NCBI GenBank assembly: GCA_964016885.1 | Contig: OZ024742.1 | Span: 54,312,001-54,376,000 of the forward strand | Source: Eledone cirrhosa | Taxonomy: Eukaryota | Reading direction: 5' to 3' | DNA length: 64,000 bases | In this document: positions 1-14,959 of the stretch, piece by piece | How the letters are laid out: each line of letters starts with the position of its first letter | How positions within the stretch are numbered: position 1 is the first letter of the stretch | Notes under the pieces: generated by a model | The model's input: only the letters and a program-made list of their open reading frames with translations | Told to the model about the DNA's origin: nothing | Database searches by the model: none | Translations under genes and position numbers: made by a program

Positions 1-2390
1 TATCTTTCTACCAAACCTGGTTCCTCGTGGCAACATTACAACTTCTAAAATATACCTCCACCGAATTGGTGACAACATCTTACACCAAATTGGTGACCCC
101 AACGTGATAGTATGAAAACCAGCCTATTTGAATTCGCCATTCGTTTTAATGGCTATGTGGAGTGGCTGAAAATTTGGAATGTTCGAATCGGGTAGCTAGA
201 CTCACTTAGCGTAAGTCCATAACATTCATAATATTCCATTTGTTGAAGCACGCGGCCTGCACAATATTTCTGTCATAACTTTCATAGTAACACTAGTAAC
301 TCACGCATACAGACGAACACAAAAATACAACACACAAAAAAAAAGAATTTCTCTGGATATAGAATTTTGCTTTCGACGTTCTGTTGAAATTACAAATGGA
401 GACTCAGAAATTTTGTTTTCCCGCGTACAGCTTGTCTTCTCCAATCCCAGCCGTCTGATTGGCTGCATCGTGCCACATGACGGCTTCTTCATCACAGACG
501 CATTTTTCAATCAGCCATCTTGGATTTTCTTACGAAATAATTTTCTTGGAAAATGATTTTTTTTATTATTCAAATTTTCTTTAGAATATTTTAGAAAAAA
601 AGAAAAAATTAGCAGTATTTCAAAAACTTCTCGCTACGAGACAATTTCAAAACGGCTACCACCAAGTACCAGCCATCAGCAGCAACACATGGCTAATTAT
701 TAACCAACACCAGGGAACGGCTTGTAACTTTACCGACGCAACCACCATACCTTCTGTCTCGTTACCACAAGGACTCGAGATATTAAGACATTAATTTTCT
801 CACCATTATGGCGTCAGACGTGGCTGCCATATTTGGTGACTCTGCGTTCTTCAACGCTCGACTTCTACTCTACAGAAGATTCATTGTGACTTTGGTTTAA
901 CAACAGCAACAACTCTACTAGCTCCCTAGTAAGAGCGTTCCCAAAGAAAAAAGAAGCGAACTTTTTGTTAAAAGAAAAGAAACAATTCTTTCTTTCTTCC
1001 TTTTTGTTTCAGGCATTTATTTTGGACATTTATTTTTTTAAAAACTGTATTATATGAAAATTCATTTCTCTCTATCATTGTATATGTGACCGCACGCACA
1101 CATTTTCTTTGCTGTATTACATGCCTGCATATATACACACAATTACATGTTGTCTATAGTATATATGATCTTCAAGCTTCGTAATATTCTGCGAGATCCC
1201 TTTTCACCTTCTGGAGATACCAAAACATGCTATCGACACTTGCAGCTTAATTCACCTGCACCGCAACACGAGTATGCTAATTGCAGCTGAACTCAAACAG
1301 TTTCGCATCTCGTTGCACACTCATCGTCCATAACAACCTATCTTGTTATCTTACCCAGCTCACCGGGAAAACAACAAATAGAACTGGACTTGTCAGCATT
1401 TTCAACACTTCTGTGGATTCGCCCGAATTATGGAATTTACACTGCAACCCACCTACAGATTAAACTTGCTTTTTTTCTTTTCAAAGCAACCAGCCATTTT
1501 TTCCTGGCTCCCTAGCACATTCGGCAATACATCTGGGAGGCCAACATTTTCTCGCCTACCCATCATCTCCTTGTCAGCACTGGTAAACTACCATAATAGC
1601 TTCGTTCACAGCTACTGGTACAACACTTACCATTAACATTTAATGCAAGAACAGCAACTTCGCCCATGTCAGACTTTATCTGTTTTCTGGTAGACCTTTG
1701 GTGGTCACGTATAAACTACAAAACAGCTAGTCATTTGACAGCGGCTCAACACGGCCCGTCGCGCCTCATTTTTTTCTTGCATGCATCTTTCTGCTCAATT
1801 ATTTTTTCACTGATGTGCTCTTTCAGCATTTGTTCTTGCTGATTCAATAATCTGTGGGTCCTCGGCTTCATCGTTAACGATTTTCGGCTAAATATCTGCT
1901 CGGAGGTGATGTAGTAACCTACATTCCGCAGGCTCACATACATTCTCTGTGCGTGATTTGGCTCAGCTCAGCCAATCAGCGCCAGTAGAAGAGGATGTAT
2001 CCCTACGCATTCTGAGGGAGAAATAGCCCGCAAAGATTTGAGGACGCTATCACTTCCAGTTAGGCCGTGCTCAGGTAAACACCACTTGTAACGACAAACA
2101 ATATGTAACGACACAACAATTTTACAAACAATATGTAACGACACAACAATTTTACTACGGAATTGGCTAAACGCCTCAGCCAGTCGACCGTATTTTCTCT
2201 TGTAATCTTAATTGATTTGTTTTATTTCTCTTGGCATGCCAGCTCAACCTCTGTTAATAAATAATGTAAAACCAAGCTAAAGTCGTTGTCGATATTCCTA
2301 TCATATCTTTCTACCAAACCTGGTTCCTCGTGGCAACATTACAACTTCTAAAATATACCTCCACCGAATTGGTGACAACATCTTACACCA
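1..2390 (+). mobile_element. Non-autonomous LTR retroelement (5' LTR cut by window edge; no intact gag/pol)
   Basis: 1-87 is identical to 2304-2390 (LTR end ...TCTTACACCA). The left copy is followed by a PBS. The start of the 3' LTR is uncertain: candidates follow purine-rich tracts at 1910 and 1996. Confidence 0.85.
91..108 (+). promoter_or_regulatory. Primer-binding site complementary to tRNA-Trp 3' end
   Basis: TGGTGACCCCAACGTGAT matches 17/18 of the tRNA-Trp PBS TGGTGACCCCGACGTGAT and lies 3 nt after the LTR end. Confidence 0.85.
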
Positions 2391-4740
2391 AAACGTAAAT
2401 CAGGTTCTCTGAATTGCAAGGGAATTTTTTTTTTTACTGTAAAAGTTTGGCCATCTTTAAATGTGAATTTTTGTCCTTCAATTAAGTATAGGAATGCGCC
2501 ACAGTTTGTTCTTCCGCATTTTGTTACCGCAGGATTGGAGATTGTTTTTTTTTGGATATTTGTTCCAGTGAGAATGTGTTTTAATGATTTGGGTTGCTTT
2601 TGCTTTTAATGATCTTGTGTTTCTAGGATTTTTTCATTTTTTCATCTTTAAATAGAATGGGGAGGTTTTTGCTTAGCAGGTCGAACATTTCGGTGTTTCA
2701 GGGGTTGAACGGGGATATATATGGTAAGATATTGTTTGTGGTTCTGTGCTTTGGGTTTTTTGGCTGATGAAAATTTGCGTGTTTTGCTCTGTCTATTCCA
2801 ATATTAATTATATCAACTGTGAAGGCTCTTAAGTGTATTTTTTAGTTCATTTAGTTTTTCTTCACGTTTAGCTGGGTCTGATACTATGGTATGATTAGAT
2901 TATGGTATGGCTAGATTAAAAGGAATGTTAAGTTGTGTATGTTTTGTGTGATTTGATGTGAAGAGGACGTACTTTTTGTTGTCCGTGGTTTATAATAGAT
3001 GTCTGTTTCTATTTTTCCATGTTTTTAAAATAAGGATATCCAAGAAGGCTAATTCCTTGGAGTTGGATTCCATTGTGAATTGTATGTTATTGTTAATATT
3101 GTTTATCATATTTTTGAAAAGAGTGAGTGTATTCATGACTTCCTGCCATAGTATAAAGCAATCATCTAGGCATCTCTTCCAATTGTTTTTGAGATGTGTA
3201 AGGAAAGAGTCTCCGAATAATTGATGGGAATGGTTGTAGATATTTTGTTCGTAGAATCCCATGACGAAGTCGGCGTATGTGGGGCTACCTTCATGCCCAT
3301 TGCAGTATCTGAGATTTGTCGATATGTTGAACCATTGAAAATAAAATTATTATTCTGTAAGATAAATCAGAGTCCGTCAATAATAAAGTTTTTCTTGGTG
3401 CGTGTTGGTATTTCAGGGATTGCCGTTATTCTATAGTTGTGGGGTATGTTAGTGTAATGGTTTACTACGTCAAAGGAGACAAGAATTGTGGCTTTACTTA
3501 CTGTTTTAGGTAGGTGATTCAGCATATTAAGGTCATCCCGTATGTAAACCTGTATATCTTTTAGTAAGGGCTGTATTAGGATGTCCTGGAATTTGCTAAG
3601 TCTGTGGGTTTCACATGCAGGGCCTGCTATAATTGGTTTGAGTTTTAAGTTTTCTGGTGGTGTTAATTGAATTTATTTGTTAGTCGAAGTGTCATGCATC
3701 GGTTTTGAGTTTACATTTGTGTATCTTCGGTAAGCTGTAGAAAGCACTTGTTTCATATTTGAAATGGCTTATATATTCAAATTTTTTTGTGGTTAGGCTA
3801 TTGCGATATTTTTGTAGTAATGCTAGGAGATTCCCCATTGATTTAGTTTGTTTGTAGTTTTCTGTTTTTTCGTAGTACTTGTCGTTTAAGATTTTAAGTG
3901 CCAGGTCTCTATAGTAGTTGTTATTGTTTAAGACTTCTGTTGCGGGTTCATGTTGTCTGGGTAGGTTCTTTCTGGGATAAATAGTGTTGATGTTATGGGG
4001 ATATTTTGTGTAGTGTTGGGGGTGATACCTGTTGTAGATGTTAATGTGGGAAGGTTTTGTTAGGATTTCATGTGGTCTGGGTGGATTTCTTCTGAAGTAT
4101 AAGGTGTCTATGTTGGGGGTTAGTTCTATGTTGTTTTGGGGTTGGTTTCTGTAGGAGATATTTTTGTGGATATATATGTTGTGGTGGTTGGGTATGTTTC
4201 TTCTGCTGTAGTTGGTCGTATTTGTTTTTTGCTGAGTGGGGTTTTGTCTGTGGTTTATGCGTGTTGAGGTTGGTGGAATATATGTTTCTGTGGGGTTTCT
4301 TGCTTTGTTTAATTTCTTTATAAAGGGGTTATCTGTGTGATGTATTCTTTTGAAATCCTCTTCATATTTAAGGAACCAATTTTCAGATTTTTCCCATCGT
4401 TTTATTGAAATTAGTTTTGCATTCTCGGAGTCCGGTTTCCAGGAGTTAATTAAATGTTGTAGAGTTTTTAGCACATTCTTCTTCCATTTATTGGAGGTGG
4501 CTCTTAATTTTAAGAGTTCTATTTCGATATTCACTTTGTTGAGTGACATTTGTTCTCGTAGTTTCTTTGTTGTTCAGGTTCATTAATTATAGGTTTTATT
4601 TGAAATTTACGGGGTAAGGTTTGGAGTTGATACATTTTTCATAGATTCCAGCTTTGTTCACATTTTTCACCATATTCCGAAAAAGTGAATTTTCTTGTTT
4701 TCAAGTTTTTTTTCCAGAAGTGTCCAATTTTGATGTGATG
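2391..4740 (-). pseudogene. Decayed Penelope-like element: N-terminal region, RT and Cys-rich linker, interrupted by the LTR element at the start of GIY-YIG
   Basis: FYSLPKIHK, LKPIIAGPACETHRLS, WKRCLDDCFILW, IQFTME..LAFLDILI and KCGRTNCG motifs spread over frameshifted ORFs (3692-4549, 2990-3262). Confidence 0.9.
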
Positions 4741-4758
4741 TGAGATTTCTTGTTCTGT

Positions 4759-6020
<1,262 letters not shown>

Positions 6021-6037
6021 CACCCCCCCCCCCCCCC

Positions 6038-6071
<34 letters not shown>

Positions 6072-6072
<1 letters not shown>

Positions 6073-7221
6073 TGAATTCTGTCGATTGATTGGTTATTGG
6101 TTAGGCGATACCCGCTAATGAAGCCACATGCGCCGATTATGCATTGTTGCATAATATATGCAGAGAGAGGGTGCAGTGCACCCTACTGCTGCATTACGTG
6201 TGGTCGAAACTCGAGTCTGGGAACTACTATAGTCACCCGTTCACGTGTGTTGTATTGAAGCGAATAACTATGTGTATACTCTGGGAATGTATTCTACATT
6301 ACCTATTGAGTACGCTGAGATACAATCGGTCCTGGCATTGATAAATATGCTGGGTCCGTCAACTCATTATTATTATCTGCCAACTAGCAGACTAATGAGA
6401 GTAAGTTAAACCAATTTTCACTTTTTTAATTGTTTTGTTTTGATATGCGCTCTAATTCCTGCTATTAATTTTCTCTCCAACTGACTTATTGAATCGGTTA
6501 AGTTGTGAAATAGACTGGTTTACACACGTGGCTGTGGCTAACCAGCACGCTACTCTATTTCGCTGTATAATAGATGCTGGCATTTAATGTCCGGATAAAG
6601 TTTCTAGGAACTATCATTGTTACTATCGCTTTCCTCTAGCCATGGGACTTGGAGACTAGAGCCGAATGCTACCATTTTATTATGCAGCGATGTGGGTCTG
6701 CTTTTTCTAATAACCAACTTTTCACTATCTTATTAATTTGTGTTTGAGACACGTTGGCTGAGATCTTTTGACGGGAGGCGAAATATTTGTTTTCTAATCT
6801 TCTAGCACCACGTAAATTTGTAAATCGGTGGCCGATCGGGGGACGGAGTTGTATCAGATTCCAGTTGCTAAACACTTTACTGTGCCGGCCGTCACAAACA
6901 GTCATAGACGGCATGGACTGGGGTTGAATTCTTTCGATTGGTTATTGATTAGGCGATACCCTTTGATGTAGCCACATGCGTCGATCATGCATTGTTGCAT
7001 AATATATGCAGACAGAGGGTGCAGTGCACCCTACCGCTGCATTAAGTGTGGCCGAAACTCGAGTCCCGGAACTACTATAGGCAAACGTTTACCTGTGTTG
7101 TATCGAAGCGAATAACTATGTGTATACTCTGGCAATCTATCCTACATTACCTATTGAGTACGCTGAGATACAACCGGTCCTGGCATTGATAAATATGCTG
7201 GGTCCGTCAACTCCTTATTAT
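6072..7221 (+). mobile_element. Element with ~300-bp direct repeats (6072-6373, 6924-7221), each with a degenerate hammerhead, flanking ~550 bp non-coding DNA
   Basis: Diverged direct repeats. The consensus reads CCCG-CTGATGA-(G)GCCACA...TGTGGCC-GAAAC-TCGA-GTC-CGGG. Confidence 0.65.
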
Positions 7222-7818
7222 ATATATACATATATATGTGTGTGTGTGTGTGTGCGTGTGTGTGTGTGTTCATGTGTGTGTGTATGTGTGTGTGTGTCTC
7301 TGTGTGTATGGAGAAAGGCTACGCGTATGACGAAGGCGCAGAGAGAGAAGGATAGAGACAGTCAGAGAGAAAGAGACAGAGATATGCTATATATATTTAT
7401 ATTTGTGAGTGTCTGTATGTCTGTGAATGTGACGAAGATGAAACACAATTAGTTGTATATGGCATATATATTAGGCCATTCAATTTCATTTCTATCTCAT
7501 TTTGTTCATCTCATTAATTTGTGGAGCTAAAATTGTAGAAAATAAATTTTTTCATGTCAGAAAATTACATTTTCTGTCCGCAAACTCATTATTCAGAAAT
7601 TGAAAACCTTCCAGGCATAAGGAGTTTAAAATGTTATAACTAATTCGTTGAACATCTGAGCCATTGACTTATCACTACGCTAAATAAGGCAAGTTTTAAT
7701 AATCTCATTGGCAAATACTGTTATCTCAATTAAAGTACTTTTGTAAGAACGTGAAGTTATTCCTTTACGGGGATGGATTTTGAAAAAGACTACTTTAAGC
7801 GATACATTCACAGGAAAA

Positions 7819-9900
7819 TCTACTTATATATATAACCAGCAATTTCTTTGTCTCTCTGTCCGACAGTGGACACACGTGCGTAGAGAGAGAGAGTGAGAGT
7901 GAAAGAAAGAGACAGACTACGAGAGGAGGATAGCGGGAGGGAGAGAGGGAGAGAGAGAGTGAATAGACGCTAAAACACGTGCTATAGAAACATTACCTTC
8001 CCCTCTCCACTGACTTTGGTCACTGAGGCCGAGGGAATCGTTGGTTGCTATAGAGACACCTTGCACAAGCCAGAAGTAACCAGTTCGAGGCGGTTCTGAC
8101 TTGACACCATGCGAAGAAGGTTGCCATTGAATTTGTGGTTGTTGCTGCTGATAATAAGGACCATTTGAAGAAGGTTGCTGCTGATGAGGTAATTTATTAA
8201 TCAGATTGTGCAGTTCCATAACCTATGTTTGATTTGTTCAATTTTTTTCTTCAATTTTTTTTGTTGTTTTTTTTATTTCTTATTGAAAAAATATAAATAA
8301 TAAAATAAGGTTAGAAATTTAAATACAATTAAATACGATTTAATTTCCATTTCCAGCAGCCAATGTCCAGTGTTCAATTTCATGAAAAAATTGGAAATAA
8401 TTCAAAAAATTGAAGTTTAACTTTTGAACATTTGTTTTGACAATAAAAAAATATTTCCTTATTCACACCTAATGGTATGATTAAAATTTCATAGGAATAT
8501 TTTTTTCTAACCGCCAGTTATTTAAATATTATTAAAAATAATTTTTTTTTTAAAAAGAATGGAAGATTTTGTGGATTTTTTTATCACCTTCCAAGCCTTA
8601 AACACTAATTCTCGCGAATTTGTCTTTTGTTATGACCCTCAGGACGTTGCTATTGTTGATTCCAATAGTGCCTGGTATTCGAATATGTTAGTATACAATT
8701 TTTTTAATAAAATTAAGGCGCAATTAGATCTGTGAAACAAAATTTTTTTCGGCTTCGGCCCATATTATTTTTGGGAAAATTCTATTGGCTCTAATGAGTC
8801 TGCCTCTGTTGGCGTTATTTGTGACAGTCACCATTTCTTGACTTTCAAGTCTATATATGTAAAGCTGAGGTTGTCTGTCTGTCTACTAAAGCCTTCGGCA
8901 CACATCTCCTCTTAAACCGTACGTTTAAATTTCGGGGAAATTGCTACACTTATAGATGAAGGTCCGGCGGAGTCACTGTCTGTCTGTCTGCTAAAACCTT
9001 CGGCACACATCTCCTCTTAAACCGTACGTTCAAATTTCGGTGAAATTGCTACACTTATAGATGAAGGTCCGGCGGAGTCAACATTTTTCAAATCGACCCA
9101 CGCCAATTGTAAAAATCGAATTTGTAATCTCCTTATAATATATAACCAGCAATTTCTCTGTCTGTCTGTCCGACAGTGGAAACAAGTGCGCGCGTGCGAA
9201 TATTTTTTGCGCACGCGTATAGAGAGAGTGAGAGTGAAAGAAAGGGACAGACTACGAGAGTGGGATAGCGGGAGGGAGAGAGAGAGAGTGAATAGACGCT
9301 AAAACACGTGCGCGCGTGCGAATGTTTTTTGCGCACGTGTAGAGAGAGAGAGTGAGAGTAAAAGAAAGAGACAGACTACAAGAGGGGGATAGCGGGAGGG
9401 AGAGAGGGGGGAATTGAGGAGTGCTACAGAAACATATATACATTTCTGTGTGTGTGTAATATATATATATATACACACACAGAAATATATATATATACAC
9501 ACAGAAATATATATACATTTCTGTGTCTGTAATATATATATATACTAGCAGAAAACTACCCGGTGGGTGGTTTTCTGCTAGTCTATATCTATAAAAATGT
9601 CTGTCTGTCTGTGTGTGTCTGTTCCGCAGCAACATTTGATCTGCAAGGCCGATTTTCAAAATTCTTTTTGTAATCAACCACAAATTAATCAGGGCAGGTC
9701 GGCACGACATTGCTAATAATCGACTCTCTCTTTATCCAGGTAAAAAAATCGATAAAACTGACTATAGGTACGACTTTGCACAGAAAAAATCTCTATATCT
9801 ATAAAAATGAAAAAGAAAGAGTGAGAGTGAAAGAAACAGACGGACTAAAAGAGCGGGATAGCGGGAGAGAGTGAGCGACAGACGCTGTGTTTGATACATG
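7819..9900 (+). mobile_element. Cluster of non-autonomous Helitron-like 5' fragments
   Basis: Repeated TC(TA)n...(CTGT)n-type starts at about 7820, 8850, 9140 and 9582. The 8850 start resembles the 5' end of the element at 25863-26839. There is a ~103-bp local duplication at 8874-9080 and a GAGA-rich module repeated four times. Confidence 0.6.
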
Positions 9901-12900
9901 ACAGTGGAAGAGGGGCAGGAAAGCTATAACTAATTAACATTGCGTCTGTGCGTGCGTGCGTGCGTGTGTGTATGTCCGTGCAGCGTTCCAGTAAGAACTT
10001 CAAAAATAAGGTATCTATTTTTGAAGTTCTAGTTAAACTTTATTTAGTTACCTACATAGCTATGTGTGCTTACACACTTTTACAAATTATCCCCTGTGAT
10101 TGTTTCACATGTTTATTTTAGATATATTTATATGTCAATCAATTTCTAGTTGATATAAAATGCTCGGATCTATTCATTGGAATCTTGGAGCATATTTTAC
10201 GGGTGATATGGCGCATGTCTATCTGACATAACACCCTTAATTTAACTTAATTTTGTATATATATATTTATATATAATGTATGTATTTATATGTATGTATA
10301 TGTGTATATATATTTATATATATGAATATATGTGTATATATATATCTATATATATATATAGGGAAAAGTCTCCCTTTGGTCTCAAATGACCATGAGTTGT
10401 ACACCTGGTATGTTCCCGTTTGAGGCCAAGCCCCGGAGAACCCAGGACGCGATGACGTATGTGCGCGAGTACGGCAAACCAGACCTATTTATTACTTTTA
10501 CATGTAATCCTTCGTGGCAAGAAATTGCCCATGAACTCCTTCCAGGACAACAGCCCAGCGGTCGCCATGACCTCTCATCCAGAGTCTTAGAGCTAAAAGT
10601 ATACAAACTAATGGACCTTATCATAAAGGGCCAGGTATTTGGACGTGTGCAATGTTACATGTACACAATTGAATGGCAGAAGCGGGAACTCCCCCATGCT
10701 CACATTCTTATTTGGTTGTCGACAATAATCAGAGCAGACGACATCGACATGATTATATCCGCAGAGCTTCCAAACCCGCAAACTGACAAAACCCTATTTG
10801 ACAGGGTTACGTCGCACATGGTTCACGGTCCTTTTGGACGTGGCTTCAAATCTAACTCCCCGTGTTTGAACAACGGTATTTGCTCCAAAAAATACCCAAA
10901 AGCCTTCCTTTGCGAAATTCAAACTGCTGATGACGGATACCCATCATACAGACGAAGAAGCCCTGAGGACGGAGGATTAACAGCACTGGTTGGAAAACAT
11001 GAAATTGACAACCGATGGATTGTACCGTACTGCCCATTACTACTCAAGGCGTTCAACTCCCACATAAATGTTGAATGGTGCAACTCTATTAAATCAATCA
11101 AATATGTCTGCAAGTATATAAAGTAGGGCCCGGATGCCGCCATGTTCGGGCTTAAAGCAGAAAACAAACGGGATGAAGTTGCACAGTACCAATCAGCACA
11201 ATATATAAGTACCAGGGAGGCCTTTTGGCGAATTTACCGTTTCTCATGCACAGAAGATACCCTGTCGCCTAACACCTTGCTGTGCACCTGGAAAACGGCT
11301 AAAGAGTGTACTATACAAAACAAACAGGTTTTCAGAGGGCTCTGCAACCAAGGAACACAACTCTTACTGCATTCTTTCAACTATGTCAAGGCGACGCATT
11401 CGTTCGCACTTTGCTGTATCCCCAAGTCCCCTTTTTCTACAAATGGGAAAAATATTCATGAAAGCCAAGAATCAATGGTGAAAGCGTTGATTGTCATCCA
11501 TATTTTAACTTTGACAGCTGCCTGGCGCGAGTTTACACAGTGCCCCCCATCTACCAAGAATGTTACTACCTGCGTATGCTTCTCCATGACATAAGAGGAC
11601 CAACCAGTTTTCAACACCTAAGAACTGTTGATGGCCAAATTTGCGGCATGCACAGAGAGGCCTGCCTCAGGCGTGGACTACTGGAAATGGTGCTCTGTGG
11701 GATGCCACTTTGGCAGAAGTAGTTGTTTCACAAATGCCACACAGCCTTAGGAAGCTTTTTGCTGTCTTACTGTACATTTGTGAATTGCCCGATCCTTCCT
11801 TCTTGTGGATCAAGTACAGAGATGACCTCTCTGAGGACTTCAGACATCAAGCAAAATTACAACTTCCTGACATGGAAGTAGGCTTCACAGATGAAATCTA
11901 CAACAAAGCACTTATTGAAATTGAAAATATGGTTTCTGCAATGGGTGGGAATGCACTGCAGACATATTGCCTGCCCCAAACCAACAGAACAGGCTCCGAC
12001 GTCATTTCCGCAGAAATACTTCGGGAACTATCCTACGACACTGACAGCTTGGCTACATATGTCACTGAACATGAACCAATGCTGCTGCAGGAACAGGAAC
12101 GAGCATATAACACTATTGCTGACTGTGTCCACCGTCGTACGGGAGGAATCTTTTTCTTGGACGCCCCTGGAGGCACAGGGAAGACTTTTGTCATACGGCT
12201 TCTCCTTGCCAAGGTTCGACAACACAGACACATAGCACTTTCTGTTGCGTCTTCCGGTATTGCAGCAACCTTGCTTCCAGGGCCAGGACAGCACATTCAG
12301 CCTTCAAACTCCCCCTCAATATGACAGCAAATGACTCACCCTGCTGTAATATTACCAAAGACAGAACTGCTTAAAAGGTGTGAACTTATAGTTTGGGACG
12401 AATGTACCATGGCTCATAAAGGAGCTTTGGAGGCACTGGACCGGACTTTAAGAGACATAAGAGACTTCCAGGATCCCATGGGAGGCGTGACTGTCCTTTT
12501 ATCCGGAGATTTTAGACAAACCCTCCCTGTTATTCCCAAAGGAACAAGGGCTGATGCTATTCGAGCATGCTTAAAGTCATCTCCGCTTTGGCGTTATGTA
12601 ACAACATTATCTCTCTCTACGAACATGAGAGCTCGGATGCTTGGTGACCAAGTGTCATCAGATTTTGCTACCCACCTATTGACACTTTGGAACGGCAAAG
12701 TGCCACTTGATGAAGATGAAAAAATCTCCGTCGAACTGGTCTGCACTTTAGCCGACAGATGCAGTATTCCCTGAGTTGAGCACTAACTACCAAAATCCAA
12801 ACTGGCTGTGCGAAAGGGCAATACTGGCTCCGAAAAATGAGATTGTCGACAAAATCAACGGACAACTGCTTAAGTCTCTTCCTACAGCTTCGTGTACATA

Positions 12901-14615
12901 CAAGTCCATCGATACAGTCACAGAGACCATTAACTACCCAATTGAGTTTCTTAACTCATTGAACCCCTCCGGGTTACCATCTCATCGATTGGAACTTAAG
13001 CAAGGATGCCCAATTATGCTTTTGAGGAATTTACACCCACCAAAACTCTGCAACGGCACGCGCCTTACAGTAAATAAACTAACGCAAAACTTGATCGAGG
13101 CGACGATTCTCTCGGGGTGTGGGAAAGGGGGAAAATGTTTTTATCCCAAGGATTCCCCTTTGTACGTCAACATCAGAGATCTCTTTTTCATTTAGGAGGC
13201 TCCAGTTTCCAGTTCGCTGTAGTTTCTCTATGACGATAAATAAGTCTCAGGGCAAACATTGTCCGTCGCAGGAATAAACCTAGAAGAGCCATGCTTTTCG
13301 CACGGTCTGCTATACGTTGGATGTTCCAGAGTGGGAAGCAAAAGAAACCTTTATGCATTTGCTCCAAACGGTAAAACCACAAACTTCTGTACCAAGAAGT
13401 TCTGTAATCAACACTGTGACACAAACCGTCTTCTAACAATCAAATACCTCGCTGCTTTCAATAATTACCAAATTGTAAACATACTGCCTTTTTGAAATTC
13501 ATAACACCATACTTTTCGACTGTAAACCTTGTGACCACTTTGTGCCGTACGGTATTAAAATGCACGTTTCCGTCTGGTTGGTTGAGCCAGTTTTCCATGG
13601 ATTCGCCATCGCGTGCAGCAGATTCACATGTCTTTGCTGCCGCAGTTAACGCTGTGTTTCGGTTGATACAGCTCAGACAGCAGACGTTGACTCACAGTTC
13701 TTTGCTGCAGCAGTTGACGCTTTGTTTCTGTTGATGCATCTCGAGCTGCGGAAGTTGCCTCAGCGTTTCTATGCCGCCGTAATGAACCCTGTGGTTCGTT
13801 CTCTGCATCTCCTGCAATAGACGTTGCCTCAATATTTGCTTTCGTCGCAGTGAGGGTTAAGAATCGTTTTCTGCACCTTAAGCAGCAGTAGTTGCCTCAG
13901 CATTTATTTGCTATCGCATCGAACATTCTTTCGTTTTCAGCATCTCGTGCAATAGAAGTTGCTACAGCATTTTTCTTTTGGCGTAATAATCGCTATTCGT
14001 TATTCTCTGTTACTTTTGCAATCGAGGTTGGTGCAGAATTTGTGTTGAGGAATTTTGAGCGTCCTTCATGTTTGGTCTATGTCACTGCAATCAGTCTATG
14101 GAAAGCAACGTCACAGTTCCTATTGGCAGCCATAACTATACAGAATGGTAAGCATTTCAAACGACATAAATCATTAGAATGCCTACATATACGCAATGCA
14201 TAACGAAAAATTTACATGTATCTACTGTAGCAAACGTATGGCACCCCCCGCCCCTCATTTGTACCTTTTACTCAATGTCGTCATACATTATCTCCGTCAT
14301 CCCGCAACGACTTCAGTCCCTGAATTGGCAAACATCCCACATTATTGTCATAAATTCCATGTGACTCACTTTTGGGCTGCTGACTTCCTTGTGGCATAGT
14401 TCGCGTTTGGAGCTTCACCGCCTCAACGTCACACTTTTACACTCATTCACCTTTCATATGCCATAACATTTTACCGTTTTTACATCGAACAACACATACT
14501 TCTTATGGTTAAAAATAAATGTATTTTTGGGGTTCGTGCTACGTTGTTTTCTCTTTAAAAAAATTATTTACTAATGGTAAACTTACACCCGGGCAACGCC
14601 GGGTATGGCTGCTTG
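9582..14615 (+). mobile_element. Decayed Helitron (left boundary tentative)
   Basis: 5' TCTATATCTATAAAAATG at 9582 and RepHel remnants. The 3' hairpin ACCCGG-GCAACG-CCGGGT (14587-14604) is followed by CTTG|T, a mutated CTAG. Confidence 0.75.
10383..13407 (+). pseudogene. Helitron RepHel transposase (HUH-Y2 Rep + PIF1-like helicase), 5' truncated and frameshifted
   Basis: GKPDLFITFTCNP, EWQKRELPHAHIL, KSIKYVCKY, LDAPGGTGKTF, LIVWDECTM, GDFRQTLPV, TINKSQGQT and YVGCSRV motifs in successive frames. Confidence 0.95.
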
Positions 14616-14802
14616 TTCAATATAAAATGAAGAAACAGATTGTTACATGGAACATTATTAGTATTCAAAGAAACATTGCCACAGATGCACAGTTTTAATT
14701 ACTATTCGCATTTTCAAGAAGCACATTGCATAATACATGTCATACTTTAAGGAGGTTGATTATTTTCTGTGTAACCCTCTAATATTACATTAATATATTT
14801 TC

Positions 14803-14873
<71 letters not shown>

Positions 14874-14959
14874 CTTCTTCTTCTTCTTCTTCTTCTTCTT
14901 CTTCTTCTTCTTCTTCTTCTTCTTCTTCTTCTTCTTCTTCTTCTTCGTCGTCGTCGTCG
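14803..14959. repeat. Compound trinucleotide microsatellite (TTG)n(TTC)n(GTC)n
   Basis: Directly visible. Confidence 0.95.
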
